Shown piece by piece: positions 29,352 through 38,047 of a DNA stretch of 64,000 bases (position 1 is the first letter of the stretch; every line of letters begins with the position of its first letter). Source of the DNA: Candidatus Latescibacterota bacterium (GTDB lineage Bacteria > Latescibacterota > UBA2968 > UBA8231); the NCBI GenBank assembly GCA_965261395.1, contig OZ253462.1:2528001-2592000 (forward strand). Direction: 5' to 3'. The position numbers and the translations under genes were made by a program. Under the pieces are notes generated by a model that made no database searches, was not told the origin of the DNA, and saw only the letters and a program-made list of their open reading frames with translations.

Positions 29352-31870
29352 CGTGGGACAGGCGCACGTATAAGTATCGTCCCAGAAAGTCGTAGGTACT
29401 GGCATCAGAAGTGGCGAGGAACCCGTTGTAGATCACCGCTGGTGGCTGATCGAGTAGGTTGTTGATGCCGACTCGGGACCGTTGGCTGACGGCAGCGTTT
29501 GCTCGTACTTAACGAGCAGATTGCTCTCGAACTGCGCCGAGACAATGCCAACGGGCGCATTCGCAACGTAGTTGAGTCCGATATCAAAGCCACTAGTTGC
29601 GGTTTGGCCAATGTTGTCGTTGGGGGACGCGATATAGGTAATCAGCTTGGTGGTCGGGTCGCGCACTACTTGGTCGCAGTTGGACGGCGAATCCTGCGAG
29701 TAGCAGTTGCTCAAAATGAGGCTGGCGGGCAACACGCCGATCTCATCCTCGATGGTGCTGGCATAGTAATCTACGGCAATATCAAATCCCTTTAGAAAGC
29801 GCGGCTGATACACCAATCCGGCGGTCAGCATGGTGGCCTTTTCCGGATCGAGATCGGTGCTGCCGCCCAACTTCGTTCGCAGTTGGGACTGGGAGTCCTC
29901 AAAATCGGCGGGGATGCCTTGCGCCGCGCAATGGCGCTTTTGTTGATCGGTCAACACGCGGGGATTGCCCCCTTCATCGACCACGCTGCAAGGATCGCTG
30001 ACGAGGGGGAAGGAATCGCTAGTGCCGAGGAAGAGTTCCGCGATGCTGGGGGCGCGAAAAGCATTGGAAGAGGTGGCGCGCACGGCCAGCCCTTGGGGGA
30101 GTTCGAGGCGAGTACCGAGTTCGTGGGTAAAGCCCGAGCCAAACGTATCGTAGTGGAAGGTGCGTCCGGCGGCGATTGCGCCGAGGCCCACGTCTCCTGC
30201 TTTGTACAGAGGTAGCTGGGCCTCCGCGTACAACGCCTTGACCGAGTACGCGCCGTCGGTGGGCGTCGCCTTACTGCCGGTGGTATTGCCCGACGCAGTC
30301 ATGGGGTCGGGAGATAGGCCCCAGCTTCCCAGCGCGAAGACAAACCGGCCGCCACGGCGAGCGGGCCGGCTGGCAAGGACGCGGCCTCCCCGGTCAGGTT
30401 CCACTGTAGAATCTGCTGCTGGGAATAGCCTCTGGCGACTCCAGTATATTGGATATAGCCCAGCATCTCCTCGGTGATGGTGCCGGGGCCGTGGAGAATA
30501 TCCAGCGCTACGCAGTCGCCCGTGCAATCCTCGTCTGGCCCCAGTGCCCGCTCGACATTGCTGCGGATAAAGCGGCCCTCGTTGATGTTGGTGCCCTCGC
30601 TGCGGCCGTAGGAAAAAGACAAGTCAGCGTCAAAGCTTCCGAGTCGGTGGTCCAACCCCAACACCATGCGGTAGGTATCGATATCCTGGAGGTAGTTGCG
30701 GTTGCCTGCTTCGACAAAGCGCCGGCGCACATCGATGAAATCGCGACCGAATTCGTTGTACCGGTTAGTAGCTGACAGCGCAATGCCTTCGCTAATGATA
30801 AACAGCGGCGTCGGGGCCAGCTTCTGATCGGATTGGCGATTGGTGTACGACACCTCGAAATACGTCTTTGCTGCCGCTGCTAGGGTATAGGAGCCGGCGA
30901 GGAAGGAGCTGTAGCGCGTCTGCGGAGTGTAGAGGTAGTTTTCTGGCTCGTAGTTGTATATATCGCCGCTTCCGTCCGAGGAGATCCCCGACCAGTTAAA
31001 GGGACGCCAGCCGATCTCCGGGTCGCGGTGGTAATCTCCGACGTTCTCGCCAGCCGCCTCCACGACCGCCTGCCAAGCTTCGTTCCCCTCGTCACCCGAG
31101 CGGTCGATAATGTGGCCTTCCGGGGTGGCCGAGCTGCCATTGTTGTTATAGGATCCGTCGTTCAGTTCCCAGTCGTAGGCCTTGTCCGACTCGCTAAAAC
31201 TCCGGTCGCCGGTCCAAGCCGGCCGCTGGTTGTGGTAGCCGGCTGAAAAGGCGATGTGGCCTTTTTCGCTTTGTAGGCCGGTGGTTACGCTGAGGTCCAA
31301 AACTTCCCCGTCGCCCGCGCCTGAAGTCCCCGCGTAATAGTCGATCTCTATTCCCTCTATCGCGGTCTTGGTGATGATGTTGACCACGCCGCCGATGGCG
31401 TCCGAGCCATATACCGCCGAGGCCCCATCTTTGAGCACCTCAACTCGCTCGATGACGGAGGCCGGAATGGCGTTCAGGTCAACGGATGAATTCGCGCCCG
31501 TCCCGCCGGGCACGAAGCGACGGCCATTGACCAACACGAGGGTGCGATGGGAACCGAGTCCGCGCAGGCTGACACGGGTAGAGCCGTCGCCGCCGTTGTT
31601 GGCTTGGGTGTTGATCGCATTGGACTGCACGGTGAGCGTTTGCAGCACGTCCCCAAGAGAAGCCAAACCCTGCGCCCTGATTTCCTCTGCTGAGAGGACG
31701 ACGATTGGCGCTGGCGCGAGCGTCTCCGCGCTTTTGATGCGGGAGCCGGTCACTGTGATCTCTTGGAGTTCGTATATCTTCGGTTCGTCCGGCTCTTCTT
31801 CTGCGAACGCGCCCATAGAACAGGCGCAGGCCGCGATTAAGGCTAGCAAAAATGCGTATCTCGCGCTCAT
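29344..31870 (-). pseudogene. TonB-dependent receptor, frameshifted and internally deleted
   Basis: ITVTGSRI TonB box and plug (ERVEVLKDGASAVYGSDAIGGVVNIIT) in ORF 30299..31870. Continues in another frame after ~30310 (PDPMTASG...). Terminal RVGINNLLDQPP...YDFLGRYLYVRLSHAR* lies in a further frame after ~29475. Confidence 0.85.
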
Positions 31871-31971
31871 GGTCTGTATCCTTCGCTGTCATAACCTATT
31901 GTTCCTTGTTTCGCCGCGCTAAAGCCAATGACTGGGGGATGCGACATAAAGGCATCCCAAAATGGATTGTC

Positions 31972-33111
31972 TCAATACTGACGGTAGATTCGGCCACCCT
32001 TGACCACAACCAGCGGTTCCAATTGCTGGTCGCCGGTGCGTGTTTCCCCGCCTGAATCGGCCAATTGGAACTGACCTTGGCGCACATCCAGCACTACGGC
32101 GTCGCCCCAAGCACCTACCGCCAAGGTGCCGATCTCGTCCGGCATCCCAATGACTTGGGCCGGCACGGCGGTTACTTTGGCCAAGGCCGTGTCGAGGTCC
32201 ATGCCCAAGTGGAGGAATTTGGATACGACGTTGACCAAGTCATATACCGGTCCGTTGAGGTTGTACACATGCAGGTCTGAGGAAATGGTATGCGGCGCAA
32301 GGCCGGCGCTCAGAGCGGTCTCGGCCACCTCCCAAGAGAAAGAGCCAGAGCCGTGCCCCACATCAAAGAGCACGCCTCGCTCCACGGCCTCGAGTACCGC
32401 AGGGCGCACTTGGCCGGTCTCGTCGAGGATGCCGCACTTCATGCCGTGGAAACAATGCGTGAGGATGTCGCCCTGTTTCATCACGGCCAGCACGTCATCG
32501 AGGCTGTCGCACCAGGCGTCTTGGGGGTGGACCATAATGGGCAGACCAGCGGCATCCGCAGCCTCGCGGGCCCGGTGCAAGGGCAGCATCCCCGAGCGCT
32601 CACTGACTATGCTGTTGCGGGTGAGCCGCACCTTGACCCCCAAGATGAGATCGCGGTGTTGTTCGATCATGCGGCAGGCTTTGCCCACATCTGCGTACTC
32701 GGGGATCTCGAACTCGCCGATTTCGTGCGTCAACATGCCCTGCGAGGAGATGTTGAGCTGGGCCAAGATGCGGGTGTCACTGACGTCGATAATGAACTTG
32801 CGGAAGCCGGGAAAGGTATCAGCACCGGCCGAGCCAGCATCGACCGCGGTGGTGACGCCTCGGGCCAAGCAAGTGGGATCAGGCTCGACGCCAAAATGGC
32901 TGACCCCCCAGAACACGTGGACGTGCAGGTCGATGAGGCCGGGGGTCACCACGTAGCCCGCGACATCGATCGTTTGGCGTGCTTGGGCTGTGGGCAGGTC
33001 GGCCCCGACTGCGGCTACTTTGCCGTCGGCGAAGGCCACGTCCAGCACCGCGTGCAGTTGTTGGGCTGGATCAACTAGGGTGCCGCCTTTGAGAAGCAGG
33101 TCGTAGAGCAT
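31972..33111 (-). CDS. Amidohydrolase/deacetylase-family metallohydrolase (dihydroorotase-like)
   Basis: PGLIDLHVH, GVKVR, MVH, THCF, ISSDLH. Confidence 0.9.
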   Translation of the reverse strand: MLYDLLLKGGTLVDPAQQLHAVLDVAFADGKVAAVGADLPTAQARQTIDVAGYVVTPGLIDLHVHVFWGVSHFGVEPDPTCLARGVTTAVDAGSAGADTFPGFRKFIIDVSDTRILAQLNISSQGMLTHEIGEFEIPEYADVGKACRMIEQHRDLILGVKVRLTRNSIVSERSGMLPLHRAREAADAAGLPIMVHPQDAWCDSLDDVLAVMKQGDILTHCFHGMKCGILDETGQVRPAVLEAVERGVLFDVGHGSGSFSWEVAETALSAGLAPHTISSDLHVYNLNGPVYDLVNVVSKFLHLGMDLDTALAKVTAVPAQVIGMPDEIGTLAVGAWGDAVVLDVRQGQFQLADSGGETRTGDQQLEPLVVVKGGRIYRQY

Positions 33112-33192
33112 GGGATTCTCCGAAAAGGAGTGAGGTTTCTTTAAGACGCTGTGAGTTGCTTCAGTGCCAGGTGGAGCCTATTGGCACTCCGG

Positions 33193-34047
33193 TTATGGAG
33201 TAGCGGTCTCGAACAAGGCCAGCCAATCGTCCACGCTTTGGGCCACCGACTCGGGGTGAGCTTGGCTGCGGGCGATAAAGCCGGGGACGCCGTCGCGGCC
33301 GCTGGGTTGAGCCGGGTCGCTGTAGCGCAGGTCGAGGCTCCAGCGGATGTGGTCGGAGTGGTTGGGGATGGAGCGGTGGATGGTCTTGTGCTGGATGAGC
33401 AGCACGCCGCCGACTTTGACCGGGCAGCTAACTTGCTCGCCGGGGGGCAAGTACTGATCGGTGATGCCTTTGAAATTGGCCCCGGGTCCCAAGCCGTGCT
33501 CGTGGCCGATGAGCGGGGCGCGGTTGCTGCCGGCAATAACTTCCATGCAGCCGTTTTTAGGGGTGGCATCGACCAAGGGAATCCAAAAATTGACCATGAA
33601 GGTCTCTTCGGCGTCGGGCTGCAAATAGCCGAGGTCTTGATGCCAGGGCACCACAGTGGCGTCTTGGTTGGGCAATTTGGCGCGCAGGTTGAATTGCGGG
33701 TGCGCCAGTATTTCGGGACCGATCACGGATTCGACCATGTCGAGCAGCGCCGGTTGGGTCAGAATGGCGAACATGCCCTCGGTTTTGAGCTTGCCGTTGA
33801 CTTGACCCAACAGCGGGGAAGGGTCGGCCCACTGGGCGTGGATGTGGACCAAGCGCTTGGCAAAGGGTAGGTCCGCGTGCAGGTCGGACAGTTCGCCGGC
33901 AGCGTGGGCCTGCTCGGCGGCGGTATCGACAATGGCGTCGATTTCGGCGATGAGGAGGTCGAAGGCAGAGGGGTCGAGGACATCCTCTACTAGGAGGTAG
34001 CCTTGGGTGCGGTAGAAGTCGAGTTGGTCGGAGGTGAGGCCGCTCAT
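33193..34047 (-). CDS. Phytanoyl-CoA dioxygenase (PhyH) family 2OG-Fe(II) oxygenase
   Basis: FYRTQGYL, PWHQD, NGCMEVIAGS, IHRS..N.S...R. Confidence 0.9.
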   Translation of the reverse strand: MSGLTSDQLDFYRTQGYLLVEDVLDPSAFDLLIAEIDAIVDTAAEQAHAAGELSDLHADLPFAKRLVHIHAQWADPSPLLGQVNGKLKTEGMFAILTQPALLDMVESVIGPEILAHPQFNLRAKLPNQDATVVPWHQDLGYLQPDAEETFMVNFWIPLVDATPKNGCMEVIAGSNRAPLIGHEHGLGPGANFKGITDQYLPPGEQVSCPVKVGGVLLIQHKTIHRSIPNHSDHIRWSLDLRYSDPAQPSGRDGVPGFIARSQAHPESVAQSVDDWLALFETATP

Positions 34048-34052
34048 GGGAA

Positions 34053-34535
34053 TTATCCTTTTGTTGAGGGGTTAGTTGGGGTTTGGCTATTGCCTTCGCT
34101 CTGGTCATCAACCGGTGCGATAAGCATTCCAAGCCGGGCGGCAGCATCGACCTGTCGGCGGTCGAAGGACCCGAAGGTTATCAGCACTCCTAACGAAGAT
34201 TGCAGATACTCAGCCCCCGCAAGGTGAACACTGTCATAGGCGCGTACGCCGAGTTGTTCGCTCAGAGCACCGGCTCGTCGCAGCAGGGTCTGGGTGACCG
34301 CGACCCGGTGATATCGCTCCCAATCCTCCTCCAGCTCCTTCTTGCATCCCACCAACTCTGCGTCGGACAGGTCACCCAAACGTCGTTTGGCAGCCAAAGC
34401 AGATCGCGCCTCCACGTATGCGAGCCACTGGCAGGCAACTTCCTCGGCCACCTCCACCCAGCCACGTACCGTCTCGGAGTCGGCCTCCTCGACGTACAGT
34501 TTGACGAGAGCCGATGTGTCGAGAAAGAGGATCAC
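34053..34535 (-). CDS. vapC: VapC/PIN-domain toxin
   Basis: LFLDTSALVK...E...RAYDSVHLA...SFD. Confidence 0.9.
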   Translation of the reverse strand: MILFLDTSALVKLYVEEADSETVRGWVEVAEEVACQWLAYVEARSALAAKRRLGDLSDAELVGCKKELEEDWERYHRVAVTQTLLRRAGALSEQLGVRAYDSVHLAGAEYLQSSLGVLITFGSFDRRQVDAAARLGMLIAPVDDQSEGNSQTPTNPSTKG

Positions 34536-34798
34536 CGTCGCTCTTCCATCACGATGTCCGCAACGCTTTTCTGTCCGGGTTTGACGCGCACGGGGTGCGT
34601 CGCACCTCTCGGTTTTTCCCCCGTCCCGGCATTGATCCCCGGCAGGGTGGCCAGCCGCTCTTCCAACGGGAGAGACGGTAGCGGCACGAGGCGGGCGATG
34701 GGCTTCCCCCTCAACGTTACGACGACCGTCTCTCCCTGCTGGACTTGCCGAAGATAGCGCGATAACCTGCTCTTCAGGTCGCGTACGGATGCGTTCAT
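34532..34798 (-). CDS. Phd/YefM-family antitoxin
   Basis: SVRDLKSRLSRYLRQVQQGETVVVTLRGKPIARLVP; GTGA overlap with the toxin. Confidence 0.9.
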   Translation of the reverse strand: MNASVRDLKSRLSRYLRQVQQGETVVVTLRGKPIARLVPLPSLPLEERLATLPGINAGTGEKPRGATHPVRVKPGQKSVADIVMEERR

Positions 34799-34809
34799 TT
34801 CGATCTCCT

Positions 34810-34856
34810 TGTAACTACATTGAGATAATTGTAGTCACATTGGATTCTCAAGGCAA
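34810..34856 (-). promoter_or_regulatory. TA operon promoter with two operator palindromes
   Basis: -35 TTGCCT (34856-34851), 17 bp, -10 TACAAT (34833-34828). Imperfect palindromes TGTAACTACA (34810) and TGTAGTCACA (34830), 20 bp apart. Confidence 0.6.
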
Positions 34857-34873
34857 GCACGGCCTAGCCCGGC

Positions 34874-34901
34874 TTGACGGAATCCGGCGTTCCTCTATCT
34901 T
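34874..34901 (+). promoter_or_regulatory. Sigma-70-type promoter of the aspS leader
   Basis: TTGACG-N16-TATCTT; the predicted start site (~34908) is right at the leader ATGs. Confidence 0.6.
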
Positions 34902-34903
34902 GG

Positions 34904-34978
34904 ATGGCTATGATGACTCGTCAAAACGACCGCATGCAAAATAATAATAACCCGCTGGTCCCATTGCGCGTGTTCTGA
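34904..34978 (+). CDS. Asn-rich attenuator leader peptide of aspS
   Basis: MAMMTRQNDRMQNNNNPLVPLRVF*; AAT AAT AAT AAC at 34940-34951. The true start may be ATG 34910 or 34913 (near-leaderless). Confidence 0.75.
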   Translation: MAMMTRQNDRMQNNNNPLVPLRVF

Positions 34979-35009
34979 CGACTGACTCCAACCCAATCCA
35001 AGAATTCAC

Positions 35010-35050
35010 AACCCGTCGCGAACACGCATCGCGGCGGGTTTTCTGTTTTT
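35010..35050 (+). terminator. Intrinsic terminator (attenuator) upstream of aspS
   Basis: AACCCGTCGCGA-acacgca-TCGCGGCGGGTT (12 bp, one GU) followed by TTCTGTTTTT, just before the AGGAGG RBS. Mutually exclusive with a 34968-34980 : 35014-35027 pairing. Confidence 0.85.
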
Positions 35051-35062
35051 AGGAGGCTAACC

Positions 35063-36823
35063 ATGCACCGCTATCGCACCCACACCTGTGGCGAACTCCG
35101 CAAGCGCCACGCCGGCCAGACCATTGGCCTGAGCGGCTGGATACACCGCAGAAGGGACCACGGGGGCGTACTGTTCCTAGATCTGCGCGACCACTACGGC
35201 ATCACCCAACTGGTGATCTCGCCGGAAAATGACGCTGCGACCACCGCGGCAAAGATCCCCCGCGAATCCGTAATTCGCGTCCTAGGCGACGTGCGCGAAC
35301 GATCGCCTGCGGCCATTAACAGCGCCATGAAAACCGGAGAGATTGAAATCGCCGTCCGCGAGATAGAAGTACTCTCGCCGGCGGAGCCGCTCCCCTTTTC
35401 CGTGGCCGAAGACCCCGAAGTGGGCGAGAGCACCCGCTTGTCCTATCGCTTCCTCGACCTGCGCCGGGCCGGGCTGCACCGCCGCATTCAGCTCCGCTCG
35501 GACGTGATCGCCAGCATCAGACGGCGCATGACGGGCATGGGTTTTGCCGAGTTCCAGACGCCCATTCTCACCAGCAGCTCGCCCGAGGGCGCACGCGATT
35601 ACCTCGTGCCGAGCCGACTCTATCCCGGCCACTTCTACGCACTGCCGCAGGCACCGCAGCAGTTCAAGCAGTTGCTGATGGTGTCCGGCTTTGATCGCTA
35701 CTTCCAGATCGCACCCTGCTTCCGCGACGAAGATGCCCGCGCCGACCGCTCCCCTGGCGAGTTCTATCAGCTCGACCTCGAGATGGCCTTTGTCGAGCAG
35801 GAGGATGTCTTTGCTGTGGTCGAGGAACTCTTTTCCGGTCTCTTTCGCGAGTTCACCGATTGGGAAGTGCCCGCGCCGCCGTTCCCGCGTCTTTCCCACG
35901 CCGACGCCATGTTGCGGTTCGGCACGGACAAACCAGACCTGCGCTTCGCACTCGAAATCCAGGACCTCTCCGAGATTTTCGCGGATTCCTCGTTCAGGCT
36001 GTTCAGGGATATCGTCGCAGCAGGAGGGGTCGTCCGCGCCCTGTGCGTTCCCGGACTGGAGGCGCAGCCGCGCTCGTTTTTCGACAGCCTCGAAACATTC
36101 GTCAAAGAAGCGGGCGGCAAGGGGCTGGCATATCTCATCAACGGAGCGCAGGCCACAGGCTCAATCGCCGCGGCCCTAGAACAGAGCGTGCGCAGTCGCA
36201 TTATCGAGGAATGCGCCGCCGCTCCGGGATCAGCCATTTTCTTTATCGCCGGACCGCCAGCCGAGGTAGCGACTCTAGCGGGACGGTTGCGCCTGCATCT
36301 GGCGGATCGGCTCGATTTGCGTAGGGAAGGTTGCTATGAATTCTGCTGGGTCGTCGATTTTCCCATGTACGAATGGGACGCGGAACACGCTTGTGTGGCC
36401 TTTTCACACAACCCGTTTTCCATGCCGCAGGGTGGCATGGCTGCGCTGGAGACGCAACCGCCGCTGGAGATCAAGGCGTATCAGTACGACATCGTCTGCA
36501 ACGGCCTCGAACTGTCGAGCGGTGCCATCCGCAATCACAGACCAGACATCATGTACAAGGCGTTCGAGATTGCCGGACATTCGCAACGGGAAGTCGATCG
36601 CAGGTTCGGGGGCATGATCCGCGCCTTGCGCTACGGCGCTCCGCCCCACGGCGGCATCGCCCCCGGCATCGACCGCATCGTCATGCTGCTGGCGGACGAA
36701 CCGAACATACGGGAGGTCATCGCCTTCCCGATGAACCAGAATGCGCAGGATCCGCTCATGGGCGCTCCGGGAGAAGTGTCGCCTGAGCAGTTGCGGGAGT
36801 TGCACATAGCGGTTCGGGAGTGA
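35063..36823 (+). CDS. aspS: Aspartate--tRNA(Asp/Asn) ligase, probably non-discriminating
   Basis: [16 protein letters not shown] (His at the ND-signature position), [33 protein letters not shown]. Confidence 0.97.
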   Translation: MHRYRTHTCGELRKRHAGQTIGLSGWIHRRRDHGGVLFLDLRDHYGITQLVISPENDAATTAAKIPRESVIRVLGDVRERSPAAINSAMKTGEIEIAVREIEVLSPAEPLPFSVAEDPEVGESTRLSYRFLDLRRAGLHRRIQLRSDVIASIRRRMTGMGFAEFQTPILTSSSPEGARDYLVPSRLYPGHFYALPQAPQQFKQLLMVSGFDRYFQIAPCFRDEDARADRSPGEFYQLDLEMAFVEQEDVFAVVEELFSGLFREFTDWEVPAPPFPRLSHADAMLRFGTDKPDLRFALEIQDLSEIFADSSFRLFRDIVAAGGVVRALCVPGLEAQPRSFFDSLETFVKEAGGKGLAYLINGAQATGSIAAALEQSVRSRIIEECAAAPGSAIFFIAGPPAEVATLAGRLRLHLADRLDLRREGCYEFCWVVDFPMYEWDAEHACVAFSHNPFSMPQGGMAALETQPPLEIKAYQYDIVCNGLELSSGAIRNHRPDIMYKAFEIAGHSQREVDRRFGGMIRALRYGAPPHGGIAPGIDRIVMLLADEPNIREVIAFPMNQNAQDPLMGAPGEVSPEQLRELHIAVRE

Positions 36824-36871
36824 TATTATTCTTGAAATGGACCTCAGCGACCCAAGAAAGTGAGCCCTGCC

Positions 36872-37810
36872 ATGAAAACACAACGCTACCAACTCCGCAT
36901 CAGCGGTTTAAGAGAAGACAAAGGTCAAATCAAGATAGCGACTCTCCGGCGTGTTATGGACGCCCTTCTCGTGATAGCAGAGAGGACCACCCGCTTGCTC
37001 GCTACGGGCGCAGGTAGTGGGAGGGGAGCGAGGCCTCAGTGGCTGGACGCCACCATTGACTTCACGATAACTAGATTGAAATCCGGATCTACGATTTTTG
37101 ACATAGAGGCTCCCCAGCTTAGTGAGACTGCCTACGCACAATTTGTCCAAGAAGATTTATGGAGCAAGCAGCCCAGCCTAGACGAAACGGCGCTCGATCT
37201 GGTAGCTCAATCGATCAAAGAGACCCAGACCGACAATCCAATTGGAGACTATTTCGACAGTTCGGTTCTCGAAGCGATTCTCAAGTTCAGGCAAGCGGCT
37301 GGCGTTGCTGGTGTGCGCTATGAAATGATCCCTCAAGACACGGCGCATGGGCAATTCAAGCTGGACGACATTACTTGCACATACGCCAAAGAGCGATTGA
37401 ATGACATCCCGACTCCAAGGTCTTTTATCGTAAGTGGAAGGCTCGACGAGATCAAACATGGTAATGGTCGCTTTCGCCTTCTGGTGAGCGAGAAGTCAGC
37501 ACTCTTTGGACGGCTGGACGCGTCATTGGGCGTAGAGGCTTTGCGTCCTCTATGGGGTAAGCAGACCACCATTGAGGGAATGGTGCATTTCAAGGCCAAT
37601 GGGCAGCCGCGATTGATCGAGGCTCGCCGGATTAGTGCTCGACTGGAAAGTGATAGCATTTTCGAAGAAATGCCGTCAGTAGAAGTCCAAAGACCGCGTG
37701 TCCTTTTTTCGGTACAACGCAAACAAGTCAAAGGGTTCGACCCTATTGAGCTTGCGGGCGCATGGCCTGGCGATGAACCCATCGAGGATCTCCTAGCCCA
37801 ACTTGATTGA
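36872..37810 (+). CDS. Hypothetical protein, possibly antitoxin-like partner of the downstream PIN remnant
   Basis: Clean ~312-aa ORF; C-terminus ELAGAWPGDEPIEDLLAQLD resembles antitoxin tails; lower GC than flanks. Confidence 0.7.
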   Translation: MKTQRYQLRISGLREDKGQIKIATLRRVMDALLVIAERTTRLLATGAGSGRGARPQWLDATIDFTITRLKSGSTIFDIEAPQLSETAYAQFVQEDLWSKQPSLDETALDLVAQSIKETQTDNPIGDYFDSSVLEAILKFRQAAGVAGVRYEMIPQDTAHGQFKLDDITCTYAKERLNDIPTPRSFIVSGRLDEIKHGNGRFRLLVSEKSALFGRLDASLGVEALRPLWGKQTTIEGMVHFKANGQPRLIEARRISARLESDSIFEEMPSVEVQRPRVLFSVQRKQVKGFDPIELAGAWPGDEPIEDLLAQLD

Positions 37811-37821
37811 GCGATATTTTT

Positions 37822-37968
37822 ATGACGCGTTTCCTCCTAGACACGAATCTGTTGCTCGGTTTCGCCCGGAAAGCATCGTGGGCTATCCGGGCTCGCGCAG
37901 AATTCAATCTCGGAGATCCAATAAGCGACCTGACCATGCCCATTCGGGAGCCAATACAGAAAGGCTAA
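37822..37968 (+). pseudogene. Truncated PIN/VapC toxin
   Basis: MTRFLLDTNLLLGF... N-terminal PIN motif; ends after 48 aa. Confidence 0.65.
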
Positions 37969-37978
37969 ACGCATATGT

Positions 37979-38026
37979 ATGAAAGAGTTTACGGTGATTA
38001 TCGAGCAGGACGCGGGACGGCAATAA
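37979..38026 (+). pseudogene. HicB-like antitoxin N-terminal stub
   Basis: MKEFTVIIEQDAGRQ* resembles HicB N-termini (F/YTVIIEQDEDG). Confidence 0.5.
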
Positions 38027-38047
38027 TCGTCTTGAACGTACATACTC

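Noticed and set aside
34904-35062. T-box riboswitch upstream of aspS
   Set aside because: The leader is only ~155 nt, with no Stem I features and no GGTGGNACCGCG box. The uORF/antiterminator model explains the sequence better.
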